This document shows positions 9,768 to 20,699 of a stretch of 64,000 nucleotides of DNA, one piece after another. The notes beneath the pieces were generated by a model, which worked only from the letters and a program-made list of their open reading frames with translations, was not told the DNA's origin and did not search any database. This DNA is from an uncultured delta proteobacterium. Lineage in GTDB: Bacteria > Desulfobacterota > Desulfobacteria > Desulfobacterales > SG8-13. The DNA lies in NCBI GenBank assembly GCA_963825595.1, contig CAWGUE010000034.1, forward strand, positions 99,377-163,376. The letters run 5' to 3'. Within the stretch, counting starts at the first letter, position 1; every line of letters starts with the position of its first letter. A program made the translations under genes and the position numbers.

Positions 9768-10979
9768 TTAGCACACGCGAAACTCGAACAGGTTTTCCTG
9801 CTTGGCTTCGGCATTGGCCAAAACCTGCTCGATATGACTCCCTCTTTGGGCTTCGACAATGCCCGCACTGATCGTAAAACAGGTATTCGGCTGCGGCAGG
9901 ATATCCATTATGTCCTCCGCCTTGATCACCTTAGCAAGCTTGGTGCAAAAAGCCCGTGCCTGTTCCTTGTTCGTGTTGGCCAGTACCAACAGTATTTTGT
10001 TCATACCGTAGCGCGAACAGGTATCGGTGATTCGAATATGGTGTTGCAGCTGAGCCGCAAAATTTTTCAGTGTCAACTGACTGGCTTTGTATCCAACGGA
10101 TTCGATAATCTTGTCGAGGTCTTGAATGGTCAGCAACACCAGTGAGAATGCGATCTGGTGGCTCTGCAGACGCAGCATCTCCTCTCGGAATTTTCTCTCC
10201 CCGGCCTGCTGTGATGCCAGACCCGTGAGATCATCACGACGGCTTTCGAGGCCGGTGATGAACTGACGGACCAGTGGATCTTCCGTGTACTGTATCTCAT
10301 CGGCTGTGCCTTCGAAAAGTATTTTACCTTCTTCCAACATGGCAATGCGTTGGGAAATGTAGAAGATATTGGGGATATCGTGACTGACGATGACACCCGT
10401 GAATCCGAATTTCTTCTGGTAATCCGAAATCATGCTGTAAACCACCCCTTTGCGGATCGGATCCAAGCCGGTCGTCGGTTCGTCAAACAATACAATTTCC
10501 GGGTCCGTAACCAATGCCCTGGCAAGAGCCACGCGTTTCTTCATCCCGCCCGATAGCTGGGAAGGATATTCATCGTCGATATCGTGCAGGTCGAGCGTCG
10601 CCATTTTGTTATGCACCCGTTGACGAATTTCGTCTCGTGGCAGAAAGGATTTTTCCGCCAGCGGCAGCGCAATATTCTCAAATACGGTCATCGAGTCAAA
10701 CAGGGCCGTTCCCTGGAACATGTAACTGAACTTACGTTTAAGAGCCGCTCGATCTTTTTTAGGGGCCGCACCCAGAGGAGTGCCGTTGAAGTGTATCTCG
10801 CCCGAATCCTGCCGGACCAGACCGATGATGTGTTTTAAAAGAACGCTCTTTCCGACGCCGCTTTTGCCGATAATCGAGGTTATCAGGCCTTTATAGATAC
10901 TGAGATTGAGACCGTCGAGAACCCGGTGATCTCCGAAACTCTTGGATACATTTCTAAATTCTATCAGCGGTATATCCAT
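9768..10979 (-). CDS. mlaF: MlaF-type ABC ATPase fused to a C-terminal degenerate GGDEF domain
   Basis: The 403-aa ORF has Walker A GKSGVGKS, signature LSGGMKKR and Walker B VLFDEPTTGLD in aa 1-245. From aa 247 it carries a GGDEF-fold signature: RRDDLTGL opening, RITD I-site, and GMNKI in place of GGDEF. Confidence 0.85.
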   Translation of the reverse strand: MDIPLIEFRNVSKSFGDHRVLDGLNLSIYKGLITSIIGKSGVGKSVLLKHIIGLVRQDSGEIHFNGTPLGAAPKKDRAALKRKFSYMFQGTALFDSMTVFENIALPLAEKSFLPRDEIRQRVHNKMATLDLHDIDDEYPSQLSGGMKKRVALARALVTDPEIVLFDEPTTGLDPIRKGVVYSMISDYQKKFGFTGVIVSHDIPNIFYISQRIAMLEEGKILFEGTADEIQYTEDPLVRQFITGLESRRDDLTGLASQQAGERKFREEMLRLQSHQIAFSLVLLTIQDLDKIIESVGYKASQLTLKNFAAQLQHHIRITDTCSRYGMNKILLVLANTNKEQARAFCTKLAKVIKAEDIMDILPQPNTCFTISAGIVEAQRGSHIEQVLANAEAKQENLFEFRVC

Positions 10980-10985
10980 CGACCC

Positions 10986-11819
10986 TCACAAGAGGAAAGA
11001 AGTCAAAATGTAATCGGTCACGAGAATGAGAACGCAGGAATGAACCACGGCATTGGTGGTGGAAGAACTGACACCCTTGGCGCCCTGCCCATTCGATCGG
11101 CGATGCGTGTTGTAGCCATGGTAGCAGCAGATGGTGATAACCACGATGGCAAATACAATCGATTTGATGAATCCCCCGGTGATATCCATCATCACGACGC
11201 TCGATTCGACCCGCGAAAAGTAAATTCCCGAGCTGAGACCTAACAGAACTGAGCCCGTCAGATACCCGCCGAAAATGCCGACGACATCGAACAGGGCGGT
11301 CAGTATGGGAAAGCTGATCAGAGCGGCGGCAATTCTTGGACTGATCAGGAATTGAATCGGATTGATGTTCATGGTTTCCAGTGCATCGATTTGCTCTGAA
11401 ATCCGCATGATCCCGATTTCGGCCGACATTGCCGATCCGGCCCGGGCGATGACCATAATGGCCGTTAGGACCGGCCCCATTTCACGAACCAGGGTCAGCG
11501 CAACGGCCGATCCCAGTGAACCGGTGGAGCCGTATTTGACCAATACATAGTATCCCTGTAATCCTAAAACCATACCGGTAAAAGCGCCCGTCAGGCAGAT
11601 GACGAATATCGAACGGGAACCAATGAAATTCACCTGTTGGAGGGTTTTGGGCACAATGCTGGGAAGGGTGAAGATCAGCGCGAATCCCTTGACAAAGAAA
11701 ATCATGGTGTCGCCCATCTCCCGCACCACCGATATGGCAGATCGGCCAAGGGTGGCGATTGGTGATGCGGCAGATAATGATCGGTTCATGAATGGCATCC
11801 CTTTTTGAGGATTTTTCAA
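10986..11819 (-). CDS. mlaE: MlaE permease
   Basis: The 277-aa multi-TM ORF has MlaE-typical sequence (REMGPVLTAIMVIARAGSAMSAEIGIMRISEQIDALETM). The start may instead be the internal MPFMN. Confidence 0.88.
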   Translation of the reverse strand: MKNPQKGMPFMNRSLSAASPIATLGRSAISVVREMGDTMIFFVKGFALIFTLPSIVPKTLQQVNFIGSRSIFVICLTGAFTGMVLGLQGYYVLVKYGSTGSLGSAVALTLVREMGPVLTAIMVIARAGSAMSAEIGIMRISEQIDALETMNINPIQFLISPRIAAALISFPILTALFDVVGIFGGYLTGSVLLGLSSGIYFSRVESSVVMMDITGGFIKSIVFAIVVITICCYHGYNTHRRSNGQGAKGVSSSTTNAVVHSCVLILVTDYILTSFLL

Positions 11820-12195
11820 ACGTCAGCCGGGTGTCTTATCTTAAAAGATTACGATCTATCGTATTATGTCGATTGATGTCAAGAAACCATTGTAGCGTTG
11901 ATATCGTCTCGGTATATTCCCAACGGCCTGTTTATACCCAAAAATAACACCATCAGGCCGTGCCGGGCCCGTCAAATAAGGCAGACAGAATACCAACGGG
12001 ACGCCTTTCCGAGCCTTCGAAGGACCGCATCTCACCCTGCGGTGCTGTTTTTCAGCCTCATGATCAAACCGCCCCCGCCTGCCAACCCTCCCTGCAGCCG
12101 TCGGGTCGCACGGCTGCAGGCAAAGCTTGAATCCGGGACCGGCACACGCTATGATAACCGGCACTCTTGAGCGTCCCTATGTAGGATCTATTAAA

Positions 12196-14055
<1,860 letters not shown>

Positions 14056-14277
14056 CCAAGTAACAATGTGTCGATGATGGCGATGGTTGGGGGAGTCATT
14101 TCACAATCAAAGAGCACCCTGTTCTTGCGCGACAATCCATGCCAGCTTCAAACCCGGTGCAGGGCCGACACGGGCCATTCGCGCCGCCCATAATGTCTTA
14201 GCCAATTAAGCGAGGTTGCAAGGGGGTCTTTTTTATGATTAAGTCCCCTGTGCCGATCCAAGCCTGAAGGTAAAAGG

Positions 14278-14913
14278 ATGAGAATGAAACCCCAGAGAAT
14301 CCTCGTTGTTGAACAAAACGGAAGTGGTACGCATAAAGTCAAGGGTCTCCTGACCCATGGCGGCAATGCGTTTGTGGTGGAACGCTGGAGCATCGACACG
14401 CCTCTGGCACCGATCATCGACGATGCCTCCGAATATCTGCCAAAGCGAATCGAAGCGGATCTCGTCTTGGACTTTCTGAAGCATCCGGACCTGACCCAGG
14501 ATCTGGCGAACATCTGCCGGCGTCAGGGAGTACCGGTCGTGGCTTCCGGGAAAAAATTGCAGATGGAAGGGGTATTGACACCGCCGACCTGATGCGGCCT
14601 TCCCCGGCAGGTGGCCCTGGGGCGGTATGGCGAAAGGTTCGGTGCACCGGAATTCTCAGTGCGGTTATCGGCCGGCAAGATTGAAGGAATCGACGTGATT
14701 CGCGGCGCCCCATGCGGGGCGACCTGGGAAGCCGCCCGGCGCATGATTGACCTGCCGAAAGAGGAAGCGATCGTCCGGATTGGACTCGAAGTCCAATATT
14801 TCTGCACGGCCGACCCTGCCGGGTGGGATCCGATTCACGGCAAGAGCCCGGTCCACTTTGCCGGCAAAGTACACTCGGCCGCTTTGAAACGGGCCTTATC
14901 CCAGCTGACCTAA
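14278..14913 (+). CDS. Candidate selenoprotein (DUF166-like by memory) read through an in-frame UGA at 14590-14592
   Basis: ORFs 14278..14592 and 14611..14913 share a frame and are separated only by TGA plus 18 stop-free nt. The joined sequence is TPPT-U-CGLPRQ. A SECIS-like hairpin lies directly downstream. The second half has no independent ATG or RBS. Confidence 0.55.
14602..14622 (+). promoter_or_regulatory. SECIS-like hairpin downstream of the in-frame UGA
   Basis: The lower stem is CCCC (14602-05) paired with GGGG (14619-22). The upper stem is GGC (14606-08) paired with GCC (14614-16). The apical loop is AGGUG (14609-13), and CU (14617-18) is bulged. The stem begins 10 nt after the UGA. 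Confidence 0.5.
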
Positions 14914-15179
14914 CCGGCCGAACGACGTCCGAATATGCGCTTTGCCCCACCGTACGGATCGAATCTGCAACCCGTCTAGATCATATATGATGAATTATAC
15001 CTCTTTTTCACCCCTCGGCGGCATGGTATCCGTTCACAGGGTTGCAACATCCGGTGTGCTTCAGACCGCCGAATTGTAAGCGTTTACAGGGTGCCGCAGA
15101 TGTAAGGCGTCGGGCGCGCAGACGTACTTTTGTACTTCAAGTGTCCGACAACAAAGGAGATGCGGCGCCCTGTGAATGC

Positions 15180-16448
15180 TTACACGGATTGAACCTTTCG
15201 TCGCGCAATGACGTAATATGCCAGCCCGGCAAACAAAATTGACGGCAGTGACCCGCCAAGGGCGGTCATCTTGACCGCTATCCAATAGAGGGCGAATCCG
15301 GCTGACCAGGATACGAGCGCGGCGACATTGAACCCGCCGGTGTACCAGTAAGCTCCCCCGACGGCATAGAGTGCATCGAGATTCAGTTTTCGCCGTCGGA
15401 TGAAAAAATAATCGGTCAACACGACCCCGAACAAGGGCACGAACATCGACCCGATGAAGAGCAGGAAGTTTTCATACTGCTCCATAGGAAAAACCAGGGC
15501 GACCAGAATAGCCAGGATCCCGGCCATCCACATGACGACTCCGGATCGGATCCGCTGGGAGATATTCAGCATCGAGCAGGTGGCTGAGTAGACATCCGGG
15601 AAATCGGAGGTAATGCTGGATAAGACCACCATGATCAAGGCCGGCAGCGCCAGCCCGATGCGGCCCATGATCTTCAGAATCAGCAATCCCGGATCGGCTT
15701 CACCGGTGACCAGGGTGGCCGTCAACCCGAGCAGGTACATCCAGGAGGAAACAAGAAAATATCCCCACCAGGTGTTCCAGAAAGCCGGCGCTGTCTTCCT
15801 GGAAAACCTGGCGTAGTCGGCCACCAGCGGCATCCACGAAATCGGCATGGCGATCACGATATCCATACCGATCATAAATTGCATACCCTGGGAAGGTGTC
15901 TTTAACATGTCAGCGCCGAACTCCCTGAACGACACCACAGTCATCAGAATGATGACCAGCAGCAGAGCAATGACTGCCGTGGTTTGCAGGAATTTCCAGA
16001 TCGGCCTGCCGGTGTACAATGCCCAAAGCAGAGTGCCGATCCCGATAAGCACGATCCAGAAACGATCGAGGGCCAGCAGGCCGCCGACGGAGTGGCCAAG
16101 CATGGCACCGGCCCTGCCGCCGATAATGAGCATGATAGAGGCCCATCCAATCAGCTGAATAATGTTCAACGCCGCGGCCAGATTTGACCCACGGATGCCA
16201 AAAGCCGGCCGCACGGACACCATCGCCATGATTCCGTGGTCTGAACCGATGATGCCGCCGAGAGACATGAATGTGTTCCCTATGAGGTGCCCCAAGATAA
16301 TCGCCCAAAACCCTGCCCAAAATCCCATGGGTGCCAGGAAACCACCGGCCCAGATCTCGGCCAGAGAAATGGCCACACCGGCCCACAACAAAAAGTAATC
16401 GAATCCGCCGAGGCTTCTATCGCTTCGACCTATTGGCTTGATGTCCAT
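15180..16448 (-). CDS. cytX: NCS1-family permease, CytX-like putative hydroxymethylpyrimidine transporter
   Basis: The ORF 15180..16574 has its real start MDIKPIGRSDRSLGGFDYFLLWAG at 16448, downstream of the riboswitch terminator. It is a 12-TM NCS1-like protein, and the TPP riboswitch upstream supports a thiamine-precursor role. Confidence 0.8.
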   Translation of the reverse strand: MDIKPIGRSDRSLGGFDYFLLWAGVAISLAEIWAGGFLAPMGFWAGFWAIILGHLIGNTFMSLGGIIGSDHGIMAMVSVRPAFGIRGSNLAAALNIIQLIGWASIMLIIGGRAGAMLGHSVGGLLALDRFWIVLIGIGTLLWALYTGRPIWKFLQTTAVIALLLVIILMTVVSFREFGADMLKTPSQGMQFMIGMDIVIAMPISWMPLVADYARFSRKTAPAFWNTWWGYFLVSSWMYLLGLTATLVTGEADPGLLILKIMGRIGLALPALIMVVLSSITSDFPDVYSATCSMLNISQRIRSGVVMWMAGILAILVALVFPMEQYENFLLFIGSMFVPLFGVVLTDYFFIRRRKLNLDALYAVGGAYWYTGGFNVAALVSWSAGFALYWIAVKMTALGGSLPSILFAGLAYYVIARRKVQSV

Positions 16449-16498
16449 CAGATACCTGTTTCCTTTTATTGCGATCTTGGGATTGCCCGGTGCACAAA

Positions 16499-16527
16499 CA
16501 AAAAAACCGACCAGATGAAGGTCGGTT
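16499..16527 (-). terminator. Intrinsic terminator forming the riboswitch expression platform
   Basis: The minus strand reads AACCGACCTTCATCTGGTCGGTTTTTTTG. That is an 8-bp stem followed by a U-run, placed between the aptamer and the cytX start. Confidence 0.75.
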
Positions 16528-16537
16528 GATGGGCTGC

Positions 16538-16632
16538 CATTTCCCTCCACCGGCATTATCCGGATCAGGTTCAACGGTCGGACCCACGATGACGCCGCAG
16601 GATCCCTCTCAGCCCGGTTCCTCCGAGCTCCC
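16538..16632 (-). promoter_or_regulatory. TPP (THI-box) riboswitch aptamer
   Basis: The minus strand reads GGAACCGGGCTGAGAGGGATC...GACCGTTGAACCTGATCCGGATAATGCCGGTGGAGGGAAATGG. It contains the conserved CUGAGA and ACCUGAUCNGGAUAAUGCC(A/G)G cores. Confidence 0.88.
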
Positions 16633-16734
16633 GCAAAATTTATGTCATATAGCCTTTAGGCCATCACCTATCTACTGTCAAGTTCTTTCAAGTGGCCGGG
16701 GCTGCCGGATGACAATGAGTGTCAATTGAAGTGG

Positions 16735-17610
16735 TCACATTTTTTTCAGGATCGCGATCGCTGCCCGCTTCACCGCCATTTCCGGGTCAGTCAGTCCGGC
16801 TTCGATCTCATTGCGGAACCGCTCCAACTCAAGGGGTGCAAGGGCCGCAAGCTCACGGAAAGCCAGCTCACGGATCCGAGGATCGGTATCCGTCATGCAC
16901 TTCCGATAAACTGCCAGATGATCCTGGGCCCTGCTGACCAAACCAAGAAGAACCAGGGCGTCGAAGCGCAGTTCATCATGCTTGCGTTCAATGCAGCGCA
17001 GATAGACCTTCGCCGCCTCGGCGCGCCGGGCACCAAACCGCCATAAATTGTAGAGGATGCTCCGCCTCTGCTCCAAGTCGGCGTGCTCGAAGCGTTCCAG
17101 CAGCAACCCGAAAATTCGATCGTCTTGCAGGTTCGACAGGGCATTGACCGCCGCCTGCTGCACCTGCGATTCCGGTTCGTATAATAGTTCGATCAACGGA
17201 ATAGCCGCCTGGGTATTACCCTTCCAGCCCAAGGCAAAGGCGGCATTGGCCCGCAGTTCCGGATCTCTGTTTCTGAGATCCTGCATGAGCCGATCGATGA
17301 GCGCTTGGGGCCGCTTCATGAATGGCATGGTGACACTGAGTTGAACCGATGCATCGTGGCGAACCGACTCTTCCTCAGTCGAATCGTTCATCAAATTGTA
17401 GAGCGGCCAGGCAATCTCCTGTTTTGCAAACCCGCCCAACAGGAGAATGATGCGGTGCTTCAGCTGTCGGTCTGCATGCCGAAGTGATTTAAGCAGGATG
17501 GGAACGGCAATGTCTCTTTCACTCAAAAATAGCTCCAGGTCATCGATGTAACAGCGGGATTTTTCCAGCAGACGTTTCTGTGGCTGAAAGGGTATGATCT
17601 TATTTTTCAT
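16735..17610 (-). CDS. HEAT-repeat (PBS-lyase-like) protein
   Basis: The 291-aa all-helical ORF has repeated motifs DPELRANAAFALG, VQQAAVNALS and DPRIRELAFREL. Confidence 0.7.
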   Translation of the reverse strand: MKNKIIPFQPQKRLLEKSRCYIDDLELFLSERDIAVPILLKSLRHADRQLKHRIILLLGGFAKQEIAWPLYNLMNDSTEEESVRHDASVQLSVTMPFMKRPQALIDRLMQDLRNRDPELRANAAFALGWKGNTQAAIPLIELLYEPESQVQQAAVNALSNLQDDRIFGLLLERFEHADLEQRRSILYNLWRFGARRAEAAKVYLRCIERKHDELRFDALVLLGLVSRAQDHLAVYRKCMTDTDPRIRELAFRELAALAPLELERFRNEIEAGLTDPEMAVKRAAIAILKKM

Positions 17611-17667
17611 GGGTCGTTCACCTAAACCATTTCCCGGCGAGCAGCCATGTATCGCAAACCGGGCGCA

Positions 17668-18765
17668 TCAATACAGGGACTGGGTCGTTGACGCATCAAA
17701 TATGTGGAGATGCCCCAGGTTCAACTCCATTTTCATGGTTTCACCCACACGAACCGGCCGCCGACCATCACATTTGCCGATGACCTTTATGCCTTGAAGA
17801 TTCATGTGGATATTGGTTTCGCTTCCCAGGGGTTCGACAAACTCCACAACGCCGTGCACCGTGCAGTAGGCTGAATGATTTTCGGATCCGTCGGCCGGAA
17901 TGATGTCTTCGGTACGCAGCCCCATGATCGCCTCAGCACCGTCACTTAATCGGGCTTCCGGTTTCGGAGGGATGGGTATTTGAAGCTTGTCGTTGAAAAA
18001 CAGATAAAATCCTTGCTCGGAAAACCGTGTTTTGGCAGAAACCAGATTCATGGGGGGCGATCCGATGAAACCGGCAACGAAGGTATTGTTTGGTCGTTGG
18101 AAAATCTCGATCGGCTCTCCGATCTGCTCGATACGCCCGTTGCGCATGACCACGATTCGATCGGCCAAAGTCATGGCCTCCACCTGGTCGTGGGTGACAT
18201 AGATGACTGTCGTGGACACCTTGTGATGCAGCTGCTTGATCTCGGTCCGCATCTGCGTCCGCAGTTTGGCATCCAGGTTGGAGAGCGGTTCATCGAAAAG
18301 AAAAACGGAAGGATTTCGGACGATGGCGCGTCCCATGGCCACCCGTTGACGCTGGCCGCCGGAGAGTTGGTGCGGTTTGCGCTTCAGCAGGTCCTGCAGC
18401 TCCAGCATTGTTGCAGCAGACTGGACCCGCTCTTCGATTTCCGCCCGGGGTTTCTTGGCCAGTGTCAACCCGAAAGCCATATTTTTGAAAACGTCCATAT
18501 GGGGATAGAGGGCATAATTCTGGAACACCATGGCCGTTTTTCGGTCTTTTGGGGCCACGTTGTTGACGATCCGGTCATCGATCCATATTTCGCCCCCGGT
18601 AATCTCTTCCAGACCGGCGATGAGCCGCAGAACGGTCGATTTGCCGCAACCCGAAGGGCCGACCAGTACGACGAATTCTTTGTCTCTGATTTCCAGGTCG
18701 ATGCCATGAACGACTTCCGTCTTGCCAAAACGTTTGACAACATTTTTCAGTACAACACTTGCCAT
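17668..18765 (-). CDS. ugpC: MalK/UgpC-type ABC ATPase
   Basis: The 365-aa ORF has [23 protein letters not shown] and a C-terminal TOBE-like regulatory domain. It is divergent from ugpBAE. Confidence 0.85.
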   Translation of the reverse strand: MASVVLKNVVKRFGKTEVVHGIDLEIRDKEFVVLVGPSGCGKSTVLRLIAGLEEITGGEIWIDDRIVNNVAPKDRKTAMVFQNYALYPHMDVFKNMAFGLTLAKKPRAEIEERVQSAATMLELQDLLKRKPHQLSGGQRQRVAMGRAIVRNPSVFLFDEPLSNLDAKLRTQMRTEIKQLHHKVSTTVIYVTHDQVEAMTLADRIVVMRNGRIEQIGEPIEIFQRPNNTFVAGFIGSPPMNLVSAKTRFSEQGFYLFFNDKLQIPIPPKPEARLSDGAEAIMGLRTEDIIPADGSENHSAYCTVHGVVEFVEPLGSETNIHMNLQGIKVIGKCDGRRPVRVGETMKMELNLGHLHIFDASTTQSLY

Positions 18766-19113
18766 GGGACCTTCCTATGGGTAAAAACCTGTTAACGGGC
18801 CGTCTCTTGTCGACCCATCCAAACCATGTTTTCGGCGCCGGCGTCAAGCAATCATTCGCATTCGCACACACATGGCAGTATTGGACAGTCGTTTGGCGAC
18901 GGTGTATCGGAGAGATTCCCGGTTGCTGTTCGATGAAACGTTTCCCAAAGTGAAAAGGCTTGAGTAATTATTTCACTTCGGCTACGGTAACTTCGCCGGA
19001 AACACCTACCGGTTGCGTCGTTCGGTGATGGGGACCGGGGTGCATTCCCTCTACTTCCGAAGTTTCCGTTGGCTCCGTTCTTAACCGTTTTTTAAAACAA
19101 GGAGGAGGCAGGT

Positions 19114-20439
19114 ATGAACAGAAGAAACAGATTTTGGATCACTACAGTCATGGCCGCTTTACTGGTATGGACCGGTACCGCCCTGGCCGCACCCACCGAG
19201 ATTCAATGGTGGCACGCCATGCGCGGTGCCCGCGGTGAAACACTCAAAAAAATCGTCGATGCGTTCAACGCTTCTCAGAAAGAGTTTGTCGTAATTGAAA
19301 CCAATAAAGGTAACTATGATGAAACCGTTAACGCCGGGGTGGCCGCCTACCGGGCCAAGAAACAACCCCACATCTTGCAGTCGTTTGAAGTCGGCACACT
19401 GACGATGATGCTGTCGGGCGCCATCTATCCGGTCTACAAACTCATGGCCGACCAGGGATACAAGATCGACTGGTCCACATATCTCCAACCGGTGCTGTCA
19501 TACTACGTCGATGAAAAAGGGAACCTGCTCTCCATGCCGTTCAACTCATCCACGCCGGTCATGTACTACAATGTGGATCTATTCAAGAAAGCCGGCATCG
19601 ATATGCCCTCCAAAACCGAACCTCTCACTTGGGACCAAGTGGGAGAAATCACAGCCAAACTGGTGGCCTCAGGCGTCAAGAAGGGCATGGTCACCTCCTG
19701 GCAATCCTGGGTTCAAGTGGAAAACTACAGTGCCATTCATGACCTGGCATTCGCCACCAAGGCGGACGGCTACGAGGGGTTGGACTGCGAACTGGTCATC
19801 AACAACCCCCAGGTGGTCAACCACCTCCAACGACTCAAGACCTGGATGGCGGATGGCCGTTTCTCCTATGAGGGGCAAAAATACCAGGGCCCCCAGGCCG
19901 CCTTCATTGCGCAGGATGCCGCCATCTTAATGGAATCGATCAGCGGTATCGGCAACGTCAAGAAAAATGCCACCTTTGCATGGGATCTGGCCCCCCTGCC
20001 GGTGGAATCGAGCATGAAAGCCCCCCAGAACAGCATCATCGGAGGGGCGTCCCTGTGGGTGATGAAAGGCCATTCCAAGAAAGATTACAAGGGGGTGGCC
20101 GCCTTTCTGGACTTTCTGGCCCAAACCGACATGCAGGAGCTTTGGCATCAGGAAACCGGCTATTTCCCCATCACGATCACCGCCTATGAAGCCCTTAAAG
20201 CCAAAGGCTATTTCGATGCCAATCCCTACCAGGAAGTGGGTATCAAACAGATGACCCGCCGGAATCCCACGAAAAATTCGCGTGGTTTGCGTCTGGGATA
20301 TTTTGTACAGATCCGAAACATTATCAATGAAGAGATGGAACTGATTTGGAACGGCGGGAAGTCGCCCCAGGAAGCAATGGACGCTGCTGTGTCGCGCAGC
20401 AACGAAAAACTGCGTGAGTTCGAAAAAACGTACAAGTAA
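19114..20439 (+). CDS. ugpB: sn-glycerol-3-phosphate-type extracellular solute-binding protein
   Basis: The 441-aa ORF has a signal peptide and the UgpB-like start IQWWHAMRGARGETLKKIVDAFNASQ. A strong RBS AAGGAGGAGG precedes it. Confidence 0.82.
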   Translation: MNRRNRFWITTVMAALLVWTGTALAAPTEIQWWHAMRGARGETLKKIVDAFNASQKEFVVIETNKGNYDETVNAGVAAYRAKKQPHILQSFEVGTLTMMLSGAIYPVYKLMADQGYKIDWSTYLQPVLSYYVDEKGNLLSMPFNSSTPVMYYNVDLFKKAGIDMPSKTEPLTWDQVGEITAKLVASGVKKGMVTSWQSWVQVENYSAIHDLAFATKADGYEGLDCELVINNPQVVNHLQRLKTWMADGRFSYEGQKYQGPQAAFIAQDAAILMESISGIGNVKKNATFAWDLAPLPVESSMKAPQNSIIGGASLWVMKGHSKKDYKGVAAFLDFLAQTDMQELWHQETGYFPITITAYEALKAKGYFDANPYQEVGIKQMTRRNPTKNSRGLRLGYFVQIRNIINEEMELIWNGGKSPQEAMDAAVSRSNEKLREFEKTYK

Positions 20440-20473
20440 ACCAACAGACCTCAAGGCGCAGAGTAACAAAAAA

Positions 20474-20516
20474 CCGGTGCTCCGGAGCGGCGTGCGGCGC
20501 TTGCCCGGAGCACCGG
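20474..20516 (+). promoter_or_regulatory. Intercistronic 12-bp hairpin after the binding-protein gene
   Basis: CCGGTGCTCCGG (20474-85) pairs perfectly with CCGGAGCACCGG (20505-16). There is no U-run, so it is more likely an mRNA-stabilising or processing hairpin than a terminator. Confidence 0.5.
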
Positions 20517-20699
20517 TCCCTCTGGATCAATAGATTTCCATATAAAGATTTTGGACGGCGTTATCGCTGATCGACGGATGACTTATACGACTTCCTCGCT
20601 CTGCTTTGCCAAAATCATTATCTTGAAGTCTATATCTCAACATGCGGATGTGTTCCGACAGGCCTCCAGCCAGCATCCGGCAGCTCGAATGCAACGGCG

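Noticed and set aside
14414-14950. Minus-strand 178-aa ORF (and 14523..14807) overlapping the candidate selenoprotein gene
   Set aside because: It is an Arg/Pro/Ser-rich shadow ORF typical of the antisense strand of GC-rich coding DNA. It has no motifs.
19080-19097. Pho-box-like TTAACCG-TTTT-TTAAAAC before ugpB (and CTGTTAA at 18787 before ugpC)
   Set aside because: The half-sites are degenerate. They are only about 20-35 nt from the start codons, too close for a -35-replacing activator site.
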